From contig CM059431.1 of the NCBI GenBank assembly GCA_030390025.1, forward strand, positions 103,480,001 through 103,544,000: a DNA stretch of 64,000 bases, in the 5' to 3' direction. Of this stretch, positions 1 to 12,659 are shown one piece after another. Within the stretch, counting starts at the first letter, position 1. Each line of letters starts with the position of its first letter. The notes under the pieces were generated by a model. It worked only from the letters and a program-made list of their open reading frames with translations, ran no database searches and had not been told where the DNA came from. The stretch comes from Squalus acanthias (Eukaryota). Both the position numbers and the translations under genes were made by a program.

Positions 1-466
1 GGTGTTGTCTTATGAAGAAAGGTTGAGAAGGTTGGGCCTATACTCATTGGAGTTTAGAAGAATGAGAGGGGATCTTATTGAAACATATAAGATTCTGAAG
101 GGGCTTGACAGGGTAGATGCAGAGAGGATGTTTCCCCTCATGGGGGAATCTAGAACTGGGGGGCATAATTTCAGAATAAGGGGTCGCCCTTTTAAATTGG
201 AAATGAGGAGGAATTTCTTCTCTCAGAGGGTCGTGAATCTTTGGAATTCTCTACCCCAGAGAGCTGTGGAGGCTGAGTCATTGAATATATTTAAGGTGGA
301 GATAGACAGATTTTTGAATGATAAGGGAGTGATGGGTTATGGGGAGCGGGCAGGGAAGTGGAGTTGAGGCCAAGATCAGATCAGCCATGATCTTATTGAA
401 TGGCGGAGCAGGCTCGAGGGGCCAAATGACCTATTCCTGCTCCTACGTCTTATGTTCTTATGTCTT
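1..466 (+). mobile_element. CR1-type LINE 3' fragment
   Basis: ORF 2..367 has the CR1 ORF2 C-terminus (LGLYSLEFRRMRGDLIETYKI...FFSQRVVNLWNSLP), followed by the 3' UTR and CTTATGTT tail seen in other copies here. Confidence 0.92.
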
Positions 467-703
467 AAAGGAGGAGAGAGTGGTAGAGGTACCATGAAGG
501 TTAAGTGAGGATCAAATCACCTCCATTTTTACCAGTTTATTCAGTTTGCAACTATAAAATGTGTTGAAAAATCATTGCTTATGCTCTTATCCCCATGATA
601 TTTTTCACATATCTGTTTTTATTCCCAAATGGTGGTCCAATAGTTTATGTTGTTCTGCATTTGACCAGTAGGTCTAGATAGAGGGGAATCCTGTACACTG
701 CAG

Positions 704-1170
704 AAAAAAGAAAGACTTGTATTTCTATAGCGCCTTTCACAACCTCAGGATGTCCCAAAGCGTTTTAGAGCCAATGAAGGACTTTATGAAGTGGAGCCAC
801 TGTTGTATTGTAGGAAACGCGGCAGCCAATTTGTACACAGCAAGCTCCCACAAACAGCAATGTGATAATGACCAGATAATGTTTTTTAGTGATGTTGTTT
901 GAAGGATAAATATTGGCCAGGATACCAGAGAGAACTCCCCTGCTCCTCTTTGAAATAGTGCCCTGGGATCTTTTACGCCCACCTGAGAGAGCAGACGGGG
1001 CCTTGGTTTACCGTCTCAACTGAAAGACGGCACCTCCGACAGTGCAGCACTCCCTCAGTGGAGTGTCAACTGAGATTTTTGTGGTCCAGTCTCTGGAGTG
1101 GGACTTGAATGCACACCCTTCTAACTCACAGAACGAGAGTGCTACCCACTGAGCCATGACTGACACTGCA
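704..1170 (-). mobile_element. tRNA-headed Deu-domain SINE (SacSINE1-like), near full length
   Basis: Reverse complement has an A/B-box head (TGGCTCAGTGG...TTCAAGTCCC), the shared central domain and an L2-like tail (GAAAGGCGCTATAGAAATACAAG). More than 10 copies in the window. Confidence 0.85.
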
Positions 1171-1311
1171 TCGAGGTCTTGTAATGGCCTTTACTGATCA
1201 GCTTTACGAATGACTCAAAGCTAGCATCAAAATGAAAATTTAAGGCCTGCTTGGTACTGGCAACTTTAGTTAGCTTTTTTCTTTCCTTATTGCTAGTTGG
1301 TTGGAAACTAT

Positions 1312-3486
1312 GGGGGGAGAAGTTTGTTTTAGCCGGTAAAGTTGTCACTGGCAACTGGAGTGAACGGCCGCTGAAAATGGCCGCAACGCTAACGGGGCAA
1401 AATTCATCTGGGGGGATGGAGATTGTTGGCGCAGCGCTTACCTGCCATGCAACGCCATCCTGGTGACGTTGTTGGAGGCATCTGAGGCGAAGTTTGTGAG
1501 CAGGTCCGGCGTTGCAGCTTCCCACAGCCCCTGCGAGCGAGCCTGTAGAGCTCGCAAGGAATTGTGGGCAATGAAGAGGCCTGAGAATTAAAGGGGCCAC
1601 GCACACTGAAGCGATACAAATTAAAATGAAACAATGCAGTTTTCGGCCCTTTCTGCCTTTTTAAAAAAGTATTTAACATTACAAAGAAGTCCCAAATGTG
1701 AATATTCAGCTCTTAAAGCTGAATTCCCTTTCCTAACCTCAACAAATGGGAAAAATGCCTCAGCGCTAACACAAATGGCTCAGCAAGCCAGGGAAGGGGC
1801 ATCCAGGGTCTCGCACACAGCACTCCAGCTTTGTGCAGGGGGTCAACACTGCAAGACAGGCCCTCTACCCACAGGAGCCAGGGGGCCATCCAGAAAGAAC
1901 GATGTGGGAATACATCACTGAGAGAGTCACTGCCAGCAGTGTCGCCCCCAACCATCTGACTCCAGTACCCAAAGAAGCTTCATGACCTCAGACCAGTGGT
2001 CAGGGTCAGTGAATGCATCTTCAAAAGCCGTCTCCTACCAACTGCACCACAAGCCTCGCACACTGCTCAATGCACAACTCCCGCCCCCCTAATCACTCAC
2101 CTACCAACAAGCTGCACCAATCACGAGGCACTTCTCCCATTCCTAGCTTCACCTCACTGTGGAGATGGTGTTGGCCATTCTTGGCAGAGGATTGGCTGAG
2201 CCCTTGGCTAGTGGCGGGGCTGAAAGGATACAAGATGCTGGTATCCTCATACGTTATCCTCCTTCTCACATGCACCTCTTCTGTTCCTGCCCTTGCCTCA
2301 CCACAACTCCACCCATGTGCCTTCCTCATTTCACACACCCAAGAAATGCAGCCTGCCCAGCCAGTGGTTGACCAAGAAGAGGGACAGGAGAGTGAAGAAG
2401 AACAAGAAGGCAGAAGATTGATTTGACACTCCTAGCCACCAGCTCCTCAAGGTCAACCAGCAAGGACATTTGCAGTGGCTCCCACTGAAAGTCAGCAGCC
2501 TTCCACCAGCCATGCTGCAGCCACTGGGGTAGCACTATGTGATATCAGTAGGATAGGCAAAGGCACACACAAGACAGTCACTAAGAGAATGCATACGGGT
2601 GATGAGTTGATTTCTTGATGTCACATTGGATGGATAGACGTATATAGGTGGATTGGAAAGTTTGTTTTGTGGTGGCTTTTATTTCAGCATTGTGACCAAG
2701 AGGACGTTGTGATGGTCAGTAACAGATGTAAGGTAAGGTGTGGGACTAGTGTTGAAAGGGGAATTGGCGTTGCGGTCAGTGGGACTGCAGGCGGATGATT
2801 CCATCCTGGATATCCCGGTCAAAAAGAGGCTGTCTGGGATGCATCCTTCCGTCTGATTCCTCCTCTTCTGTGTCTTCCTCTTCCCTTTGCAAGCAGATAT
2901 TGTAAATATGAAATGACAGCATAAAATACTGGAAATACTCAGCTGGCCTGGCAGCATCTCGACCTGAGACATGAACTCTGTTGTTCTCGCCACGGATGTT
3001 AAGTGACCTGCTGAGTATTTGCAACATGTTCTGTCTTCTCAAAGGCCTTCATTTACCATCCAAGCCCTTGCAAGCGTCCAGCAGCACTCCCTACACACAT
3101 AAAAAACTTTTCACATCTATTGCAGCAAGTCAACCACTTCAATAAAATCAAAAAAACCCAGTCCAAAACCTTAAAGCCAAACTTACCTGAATGATGTGTG
3201 TGTCCCTTTAAGAGGTGCAGACTTCGCCACTGTCAGCCTGCTTGCCCGCCTGGTTAACCTGGCGTGCTTAGGACCCAGCGCTGAATTCAGCGCTAGGGTC
3301 GAAGTTCGCACTTGTGACATAAAGTCGGCGTTACATGCCGATTGACGTCACAACGCTGCCATTTTGTCTGGCATGGCGCTGCCAGTTACCAGCAGCGCAA
3401 AGGTAAGGACAAATGAGCGGCGATCGCCGTTTTAGCGCCATTTAATGATGTTATGGAGTGGCGCTAAGGCCACGAGTTTCTAGCTC
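1312..3486. mobile_element. Degenerate, internally deleted Harbinger element
   Basis: Decayed TIR-like ends with TAT/TGT flanks. Frameshifted Myb-like remnant at ~1775-2003 (+) (MAQQAREG...ALYPQ...MWEYITERV...KKLHDLRPVVR). Transposase C-terminal remnant at ~2776-2905 (-) (YNICLQREEEDTEEEE...GIIRL). Same convergent layout as 12149-16310. Confidence 0.7.
2908..3037. mobile_element. Small inverted Penelope-like terminal-repeat fragment
   Basis: CTGGAAATACTCAGC ... GCTGAGTATTTGCA inverted arms, same repeat as 23380-23540 and 36377-36563. Confidence 0.55.
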
Positions 3487-3534
3487 TGTATATTTATAAG
3501 TTTAAGCAGGTAATTTGACACACTCTGAGACTGA

Positions 3535-4180
3535 GGGCTGGATTTTCATTGACCCGCGGAGGCGGGTTTGGAGGCATGTGGGGGGTTAAAATTGCGAAAA
3601 GTGGCGGGCAGGCACAAGTCCGCCTCCATCCTGCCCCCACGCAATTTTGATGAAATCGTGTCTGCTTGTCCCGCCTGCGTCCCACTTTTAAGAGACGGGA
3701 TAGGCTGTTAAGGCCCTTAACAAGCACTAAATTGGCTCTATAATGCCATTTTGAAAGGCCTTTGTGATTTTAACCCTTGTTCTACGTGAAGCACGCCTGT
3801 TCTGAACCACAATTGTGAAACCTGGCGGGAGCACATGTGGATAGCTGAATATCAGTGGCTGCGCTGAGTATCAGTGAGTGGCTGGCTGGGCATCTGGGAG
3901 CAAAAAATTCTTTCTCTCTCTCTCTCTCTCTCTCTCTCCTGCTCATTTTGCTTCCAGGTCCTCTCACAGCAAAGGCCAGGCAGTCTCGGACCTGCAATGC
4001 AGCAGCAATGATGACATCATCAGAGGCGACTTTCAGACTCAAAACACTAATTAGTTCATGGGTTCCCACATGCTGGAACTCAATTGCCCAATTAGGTGAA
4101 AATTGCATCAATCTCCCACATCCAATTGCAGTCGGGTGGATAACACAACCCCAGCCCGCCCCAGTATCAAAATCCAGCCC
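3535..4180. mobile_element. Non-autonomous Harbinger-type MITE (646 bp)
   Basis: TIRs GGGCTGGATTTT / AAAATCCAGCCC with 3-bp TSD TGA on both sides. Second copy at 53744-54505. Confidence 0.9.
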
Positions 4181-4339
4181 TGAATGTGAGTGCGATGTGC
4201 ATATGTTACCATTCAGAAATAGTTATTTGAGAAAAGTCCTTCATTTTAAAAGGTTTCTGCAGGTGTGAATGGATTGCAGGTTTGAAATCTAATTTTGGGG
4301 TGTTTTTGCCTATTTTAAAATTATTAATGTACAGAGCTT

Positions 4340-4460
4340 GATCCCGATGACAGGTCATCGACCTGAAACGTTGACTCTGATTCTCTCTCCACAGTTGCTG
4401 CCTGACACGCTGAGTGTTTCCGGCATTTTCAGCTTGTACATCCGCAGTGTTTTTGCTTTT
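4340..4460 (+). mobile_element. Penelope-like terminal-repeat fragment with mutated hammerhead core
   Basis: CCGATGAC-AGGTC-ATC-GACCT-GAAACGTT followed by the repeat that lies downstream of the GIY-YIG ORF at 50396-50497. Confidence 0.65.
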
Positions 4461-5147
4461 GATATAAAACCATCTTATTGGCTTTCTGAGCACTTGTGCT
4501 AAAGGATGTTTTAATCCTGCGATTCCTCTCAGCTTTTTCTTTTTCCTCACTCGCCTGCTCCTGATCTTCTTCGTGTGATCTTCATTTCGCGTCCCTTCGA
4601 GTACTCCCTGCCCTGACTGCGTCGCGTTATTCTTATTCTGCTTGCACCATTCCCGCGGGTTTAATCTTTTCCCGGGGAGTTACTCACTGCCTCAGCGGAA
4701 ACGGGTTCACCGACCACGCATGCTAATGGCCCAGTGTTCTCACCAGCACGGAGAGGAAATGGATGCGCCTGGCGTTTTTATTCTCCAAGTGCCAGGCGGG
4801 AGACAATGTCGTCAGTCTTGCCTCTGACTCTCGCAACAGTCGCAAGCTTACAAGCTTGATGGTCGCAGCTTGCTGTGCAGCAAATGAGTCAGGAAGCAAG
4901 CGACCAGAGACAGATGACGTGAACAGATGGGGTCTCGTGCAGTGAATATGCTAAACTTGTTGTTTACAGAGTACACCAGAAGGCTATTAATAGGAGCACC
5001 TCGGTTGTGAGTAATATACATTTGCTCCTATTATTCAAACCTCTGCGTGCTTTAGGTTGCCTTAGCAGCAAGAGTTAGATAAGGATTCAGAAACCAGATT
5101 GTTTTTTTCCTTCTCACAATTACACGTTCAGTGATCTATCAGTCTCG

Positions 5148-5525
5148 GCCAGTGCGGTGCTGAGGGAGCGCTGCACTGTGTCGGAGGTGCTGTCTTTCGG
5201 ATGAGACGTTAAACCGAGGCCCCCGTCTGCTCTCTCAAGTGGACATAAAAGGTCCCATGGCACTATTTCGAAGAAGAGCAGGAGAGTTATCCCCGGTGTC
5301 CTGGGGCCAATATTTATCCCTCAATCAACATAACAAAAACAGATGATCTGGTCATTATCACATTGCTGTTTGTGGGAGCTTGCTGTGCGCAATTTTGGCT
5401 GCTGTGTTTCCCACATTACAACAGTGACTACACTCCAAAAAGTACCTCATTGGCTGTAAAGCGCTTTGAGACGTCCGTTGGTCGTGAAAGTCGCCGTATA
5501 AATGCAAGTCTTTCTTTCTTTTCTT
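5148..5525 (+). mobile_element. Deu-domain SINE, 5'-truncated
   Basis: Body and tail match the other copies. Confidence 0.85.
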
Positions 5526-5724
5526 TAGGATTATATAGAGAAGAAATAACTAGAATTAAGATGCATTCCTTGAGGGGGAGGAAATTGGACAACAAAATCA
5601 ACAGCCACTGGCTGCTTCAGAATCAACAACAGCAGGGCCAGGGTTGAACTCAGCTGTTCAGCCAGCTAAGCGAGTGCGTTTCAGGGGGTTACGCAGAATG
5701 TATTAACTTTTTGTTAATACTTCT

Positions 5725-6029
5725 AGTGTCAGCCGTGGCTCAGTGGGTAGCACATTAGCCTCTGAGTCAGAAGGTTGTGGGTTTGAGTCCCACTCCAGGG
5801 ACTTGAGCACAAAATCTAGGCTGACACTCCCAGTGTAGTACTGAGGGAGTGCTGCACTGTCAGAGGTGCCGTCTTTCAGATGAGACGTTAAACTGAGGCC
5901 CCGTCTGCTCTCTCAGGTGGACTTAAAGATCCCATGGCACTATTTCGAAGAAGAGCAGGGGAATTATCCCCAGTGTCCTGGACAATATTTATCCTGTAAC
6001 CAACATAACAAAAACAGATTATCACATTG
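5725..6029 (+). mobile_element. Deu-domain SINE, 3'-truncated
   Basis: tRNA-like head GTGGCTCAGTGGGTAGCAC...GGTTTGAGTCCC plus body. Confidence 0.85.
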
Positions 6030-7073
6030 CAGGCAGTAGCCACAAAGCCTCGTTTGGGGCTGGGGCCTCTGGCCTCCCTAACCAAAGGTCACCATCTTAG
6101 GAGCAGGTGGGGACTCCCAGGCCAAGGGATTCCACTTCCTTGGCCTGGAGGAGCATTAGCGGCCAGTACGTGGGCATGCAAAGGAAGGCACATCTGGGGT
6201 GCTCACTGTCCCTGAAGGTTTCCAAAACACACCCGCCTGTGCCTGCTCTTCAGGAGTGGATGATTGTTGGAGAGACACCAGCATTGGCCCATCACTCCCA
6301 AAAAAATAAAGGAGCCAAGATAAACCAAGGCCATCTTCAGGGATCTGGACCATGACTGAGGGCTGCTAATGGAAGAAAAGGATGCATTTTGTCCATTCTA
6401 CCCATCAAACTCTGCCCGGCTAGTCTTTCAGAAGATCTGTCACCATGGTTACCAGCAGAAATAGAACCATTTCCCGAAATAGCCGAGCACCTTGGGTGAA
6501 AAGTAATTAACGTCCCCTTGAGAGAGAGGCCAGTCCATTGCTGCCCTACCATGCCACCCTTTTATCATTGGCAACCGACACTTAATAGAATCATCTTCAT
6601 AACGCCAAGTTGTCTCAGTTAGTATTCCAAAGTTAGTATTCATTCTAACTTTTCATAGTGCTTAACCTGTGGGAATCCAACTGTCTTTCAACACACAGTA
6701 GGAAATTGTAATCGACAAGGTGAGGGCTATTTCAAAACACTCTGAACTCCAAACATTCTGAAATATATTTCATTCAACTTTAGCATCTACAATTCTTTTT
6801 AAGGCACCATATAATTGTGCACAACTTTAATACATTATTGCGAGCCGATTTACAACACTACAGGTGATTCTGATGAAGGGGGAAAGAAGTAGGAAATAAC
6901 CTTGAAAGGAAACTGGAGGTAATTATTAGAGGAGGAGTCATCTGCCTTGTCTTTGGTTCAGAGATGCAGTCGCCTTTTGAACCTCTTGTAGACAAATAGA
7001 GAGAGATGGCGGAGAATGGATGAGTTGTCAGCGGATATGGAGTATTCAGCCAATAAATGCATGATGAAATCAT

Positions 7074-7483
7074 GGGCCGGATTTTACTCACCGAGACGCG
7101 TTGGGGGTGGGACTGCTGCCTTCTGGGTTCTAATCCCGCCCCCAGCAACGTCTGACGAACAGACACTATTTTGCCCTGATTGGCCTTGTTAAGCCCGCCC
7201 TGCGGGCTTGCCGGCCAATTAAGGGAAAGCCGGTGTCAGATGACGTCAGTTGATGACGCTTCATCTGCCGGTTTTCTTAAAGGCATATGCACCACACCTG
7301 TTTGACAGATGATTTGACAGTGTTTGACAGCATTGAGGTGCTGTCAAACACTGACAATCACTCCCCAAAGGTGAGCCCTTGAACCCAGACTCTCCATTTA
7401 CTCTCTCCTTAGGATAAAACAGATGGCAGCTGCAGCTGAGATTGCAGAAACCATCTGTCACTTCTCCCGATGAGATGAGGCTA
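7074..7483. mobile_element. One-ended Harbinger-type MITE fragment
   Basis: Begins GGGCCGGATTTT and resembles the reverse complement of 57330-57727. No second TIR found. Confidence 0.65.
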
Positions 7484-7537
7484 CAGAAGTTTGGAACTGT
7501 CCGCCCGGTTTCCCTTCTCCGCGAGCTCAGTGACTTT
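7481..7537 (-). pseudogene. Truncated exon of an NLR (NACHT-LRR)-like gene, N-terminal domain
   Basis: Acceptor TTCTTTACAG then KVTELAEKGNRADSSKLL*. Phase 0, matching the exon at 9661-9827. The stop falls at the MITE junction. Family assignment is recalled similarity to shark NLRP3-like predictions. Confidence 0.7.
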
Positions 7538-8204
7538 CTGTAAAGAACAATAATGAATGTATTGAGGAGCGGAGTGAAAGGCACACACTGAGAATGAGAA
7601 GGGAAGGATCTGCTCACTGATAGGATCTCCCAGTTGTTTTGAGCACAGAAAGTAATCACTGGGCCGGGTGCTGATCCATTCTGAACAGGGGCTGAATATT
7701 CTGTAAACATCTTGATTCACTCATTAATGGCAGATAAGTGAAATAAAAGGAAAATAGAAATCAGAAATATTGTTCTAGGAGAACGAGGAATCACTGAGAG
7801 TCAGCAATAGTTTAAATGGGATTAGTTTTCTCTGTCCATCAGTGTCCAACAGGACATCAGATTCCTGATGGACAATATGATACACTTGCTTCTCACACTT
7901 ACTTCCTGCTGTCACACTTTGTGATTTACTTCGAAATAAAACAGCAGCGAATCAGAACTCCAGTGGCAGGGAAGGGATGAATCTGAAGTGAGGGAAGCAG
8001 CTAGAAAACTGTCTGAGAAATTACACCGACTAATCAAAACAACCACTGTTGGTTTATTGGTCAGCAGAATCGACCAATAATAATAATAATGATGAAAAAT
8101 CCAATCACTCCAATCGCTTGTTTCCTCGGTAATTGAAATGACAGACACTCAGTAACCTCGGTGACCGGGAGAACGTGTCCACCAATGGATAGCCAAGACT
8201 TCCA

Positions 8205-8830
8205 CCAACAACTTACATTTATATAGGGCTTTTAAAGTAGAAATTCGTCCCAGGGTGTTTCAGAGAGGCGGAATCAGACAATGGACCCGAGACAAAGAAG
8301 GATAAATTAGCAGAGGTGGCCAGAGGCTAGAGGAAAGGTAAGGTTTAAGGAGTAGAGGGGGACGGAGAGGTTGATGGAGTGAATTCCAGAACGTGGGGCC
8401 CAAGACAACTGAACGCTCAGCCACCAGTGGTGCTGTGAAGGATTGGGTGGACAAGAGGCCAGAGTCAGAGCAACGGAGAATTCCAGTGGCACGGGAGGTT
8501 GTAGGGCTGGAGTGGGTTACAGAGATAGGACGGTTCGAGGTCCTTAAGTTATTTAAAGAGCAGCATGGGAATTTTAAAATGAAGGCATACGAGGAGCGGG
8601 AGCCATGAAAGGTGAGTGAGCACACGAGTGATATCTGAATGACACCTGGGCAGGGGCAGGCAGCAGAATGTTGGAGTTGCTGAAGATTAGAGAGAGTGCA
8701 AGGAGGGAGGCCGGCCAGGGGAGCATTGGAAGAGTCGGGTTTGGAGATGGGACGAGGATGGGGCGGGCAATGTTACGGGGATAGAAGTAGGGGATCTTTG
8801 TGATGGCGAGTGTATGGGGCAGGGAGTTCA
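8205..8830 (-). mobile_element. Old L2-type LINE 3' fragment
   Basis: Degenerate version of the L2 3' end seen at 29310-29900 (…GPTFWNSL…LLLKPYL). Confidence 0.65.
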
Positions 8831-9307
8831 GCTCAAGGGTGGCAGAAACAGAGGACACGGTCTGTGCTTGAAGGAGGGTAAATTCAAAACTAGTCTGTGG
8901 AAAAATATTTCAGTGAGCGAGTGGTCAATCTGGGGAACAGGCTCCCGAGGGAGATGGCGGAAGCAGTTAATATTGATTCAATATACGGCAAATTAGATAG
9001 ATTTATTTCAGAAAATCACATTTTGGGATGCTGTATATGAGTATTTTGAGATATGACGTGGTAATTGCAGCATGCTTGGGAGGAACAGGTGCCTTTATAT
9101 CTGTGGTTCCCAAAGCTCTCCACCTCTGGGGTTTTACTCACCTCATGAGTTTGTTGTAGACTAATTGATAGAAATCGATCAATCAACAACTCCATCATTA
9201 TTGTAGCATTCGACTACCTGGATGTTAGAAGGCGAATCACATGGACCTCGGTCTTTTCTCATTGAGCGATTCCTTTGTTAGGATATTCTGTCAGCGCTGG
9301 GATGTTA

Positions 9308-9625
9308 GAATAATCACAGAATCCCCACAGTGCAGATAGAGGCCATTTTCGGCCCATCGAGCCTGCACCAACACAAACTCCACCCTATCCCCGTAACCCC
9401 ACGTATTTAATCCCCCCAACACTAAGGGTCAATTTATCATAGCCAAATCAACCTAACCCGCACATCTTTGGACTGTGGGAGGAAACCGGAGCACCCGGAG
9501 GAAACCCACGCAGACACGGGGAGAATGTGCAAACTCCACACAGACAGTCACCTGGGGCCGGATTCGAACCCGAGTCCCTGGCGCTGTGAGGCAACAGTGC
9601 TAACCACTATGCCACCGTGCTGCCC
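9308..9625 (-). mobile_element. HE1-like V-SINE
   Basis: tRNA head GGTGGCATAGTGGTTAGC...GGTTCGAATCC, V-domain GTGGAGTTTGCACATTCTCCCCGTGTCTGCGTGGGTTTCCTCCGGGTGCTCCGGTTTCCTCCCAC and a CR1-like tail. Confidence 0.88.
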
Positions 9626-9660
9626 TAAATCTAAACTCACTCTCTGTCCCTCCCACTCAC

Positions 9661-9827
9661 GTGATAACCTTGCCCACTGAAATGGTCCTCGCCTGTTAAA
9701 CAGAGACCGAGTCCCTCCACACCCTCTTCAATCGCCTGTTCCAGTCTGTCCCGGTAGAATTTCGTCAACTGGGACAGCCGGTCATCGTCGCACTTGGTCA
9801 AGAACTCAGTGATTGTCGAGTTCGGAT
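9661..9827 (-). pseudogene. Exon of an NLR-like gene (N-terminal death-fold-like domain)
   Basis: 167-bp open exon between ATCACAG| and |GTGAGT (phase 1 to 0): xPNSTITEFLTKCDDDRLSQLTKFYRDRLEQAIEEGVEGLGLCLTGEDHFSGQGYH. Splices in frame to 7537. Confidence 0.75.
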
Positions 9828-10457
9828 CTGTGATCACAAAGAACCACATTAACAGACACTTTCTGAAAACCTACATACATCGCATGTGCTACATTCCACC
9901 AATCTATATCGTGAATTGTGTACGCAAATTTGTCAAACACGACTTGTCGACAGCTTATCGGTTCCAACAACCCCGATCATCCCCTGTATCTGTAAAGGTT
10001 CATTAATTCGACCTTCAAATATAGATCCAGGAGTTTGCTCATAACACAGTCTCCCCCTCTATCTCACGGTAGTCTCGAACTTATGGGTGTACTGCTTTCA
10101 AATTTAGGTTCATCACATTGTGTAATCCAAGTAGGCTATAGCCCTGAATTTGTGATCCCGACACAATCAGTGCCTGGACTATTGCAAGCACAGGTGGCCT
10201 CAGACCAGGAGCAGAGTGAGCTGGCCTCACCACATCTTGCAAGGTGAGTCCACCGACAAGATTAAAGCACAGGGAGGTTTGCGATTGGTGGGGTGGGGGG
10301 GAGGGGCAGGAATTCTGGAGAGGCAGCAGCTCTTAAAGTGCCGCTGCTCACCTTTTAAAACAGAGAAACAATCAATAGCAGTCAAAAGAAATAAAGGAAA
10401 AAATTCCCTCCTTTCGTGGTTGGCTCCTTGGAGGTTCTGCTGCAGGAGGCACAGCAA

Positions 10458-12148
10458 ACATAAGAACATAAGAAATAGGAGCAGGAGTAGGCCATTCGGC
10501 CCTTCGAGCCTGCTCCACCATTCAATGAGATCTTCTGCCTCAATTCCATTCACCGGCTCTATCGTCATATCCCTTGATGCCCTTACAAGTCAGAAATCTA
10601 TCGACTTCTGTTTTGAATATACCCAATGACTGAGCCTCCACAGCCCTCTGGGGTAGAGAATTCCAAAGATTCACCACCCTCTGTGTGAAGAAATTTCTTC
10701 TCATCTCAGTCCTGAATGGCCTACCCTTTATCCTGAGGCTGTGGCCCCTGGTTCTAGACTCCCCAGCCAAGGGAAACATTCTCCCAGCATCCACCCTATC
10801 AAGCCCTGTAATAATTTTGTATGCTTCAATGAGATCCCCTCTCATTCTTCTGAATTCAAGAGAATACAGGCCTAGTTTACTCAATCTCTTCTCATACGAC
10901 AGTCCTGCCATCCCAGGAATCAATCTCGTGAACCTTCGTTGCACTCCCTCTATGGCAAGTATATCCTTCCTTAAGTAAGGAGACCAAAATTGTACACAGT
11001 ACTCCAGGTATGGTCTCACCAAGGCCCTATATAACTGGAGTAAGACTTCTTTACTCCTGTACTCAAATCCACTTGTAATGAAGGCCAGCATACCATTTGC
11101 CTTCCTAATGGCTTGCTGCACCTACACATTCACTTTCAGTGACTCATGTACAAGGACACCCAGGTCCCTTTGAGCATCTGCATTCCCCAATCTTTCACCA
11201 TTTAGGAAATACTCTGCATTTCTGTTTTTTCTACCAAAGTGGATAACTTCACATTTATCCACATTATAATCCATCTGCAATGTTCTCGCCCACTCACTGA
11301 GCCTGTCGAGATCGCCTTGAAGCCTCTTCACATCCTCTTCACAACTGACACTGCCACCTAGCTTTGTGTCATCAGCAAATTTGGAAATGTTACATTTAGT
11401 CCCCTCATCCAAATCATTAATATAGATTGTGCAAGCACCGATCCTTGCGGTACCCCACTAGTCACAGCCTGCCATCCTGAAAAAGACCCGTTTATCCCTA
11501 CTCTTTGTTTTCTGTCTGTTAACCAATTCTCAATCCATGCTAGCATATTACCCCCAATTCCATGTGCCCTAATTTTGTTCACCAACCTCTTGTGTGGAAC
11601 CTGATCGAAGGCCTTCTGAAAATCCAAATACACCATATCTACCGGTTCCCCTTTGTCTACACTAGTTACATCCTCAAAGAACTCCAATAGGTTTGTCAAA
11701 CAGGATTTCCCTTTCATAAATCCATGTTGACTCTGCCCAATCTTACTATTAGTTTCTAAGTGCCCAGTTATTGCATCCTTTTTAATAGATTCCAGCAGTT
11801 TCCCAACTACTGATGTGAGGCTAACAGGTCTGTAGTTCCCCATTTTCTCTCTCCCTCCTTTCTTAAATAGCAGGGTTACATTTGCTATCCTCCAATCTGC
11901 AGGAACCATTCCAGAATCTATAGAATTTTGGAAGATGACAACCAATGCGTCCATTATCCCAATGGCCACCTCTTTCAAAACCCTAGGATGTAGGTCATCC
12001 AGTCCTTGAGATTTATCGACTTATAGTCCCATTAATTTTGCTAGTACTGTTTTTTTACTAATAATAATTCCTCATTCTCGCCACACCCTTGGTTTTCTCG
12101 TATTTCTGAGAGGTTTTTTGTGTCTTCCTCCATGAATACAGAAACAAA
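10458..12148 (-). mobile_element. CR1 LINE, RT and 3' part (interrupted by Harbinger)
   Basis: RT motifs NYRPVSLTS, QHGF, YLDFQKAFD, GVPQGSVL, KFADDTK, with stops and frameshifts; 3' tail at ~10458. Confidence 0.95.
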
Positions 12149-12659
12149 GGGGTAAAAATTCAGTTGGTTGCGCCTCCCGTTAGCGCCTTAAGAGGGCGCT
12201 AATGGGGCGCAAAGCCGCTAACGCCCGGGCGCAGCGATGTTTGCGCCGCTCGGGAACTTAACTAGAGATTGTGCGGCGGCGGTAAACCTTACCGCTGCGA
12301 CCACCTGCGCGCGCAGATTGTGACGTCATTCCATGGTGCAACGCCCTTGTGGCGCCCCGGAGCGGAAATTGAGTGGCGCCCCCTGCCTTACCGCCTGGCG
12401 CATCCAACGACCGGAAGACTGGAACGCTATCAATCGCTGTGGGGCTGGGTGGGGCGCTATTTAAAGGGGGCCTCTTCCTGTCTTTTTCTGTGGTGGACAT
12501 TTTTGCACCACTCGTTCTGAGAGAGAGAGAGAGATTCGGAGAGAGAGAAAGAGAGACTTCTGCATTGAGTCAACGCTTTGTGAGGTAGTTTTGCCTACTG
12601 ATCCTAACTTCGCTAGTACTTTAGTTGCTGTCCTTCATTACTTTGCTTGCAAAGAGAAT

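Noticed and set aside
7945..8080. Short helical-looking plus-strand frame (ESELQWQGRDESEVREAARKLSEKLHRLIK)
   Set aside because: Weak acceptor, no start codon, and it lies antisense inside the NLR-like intron.
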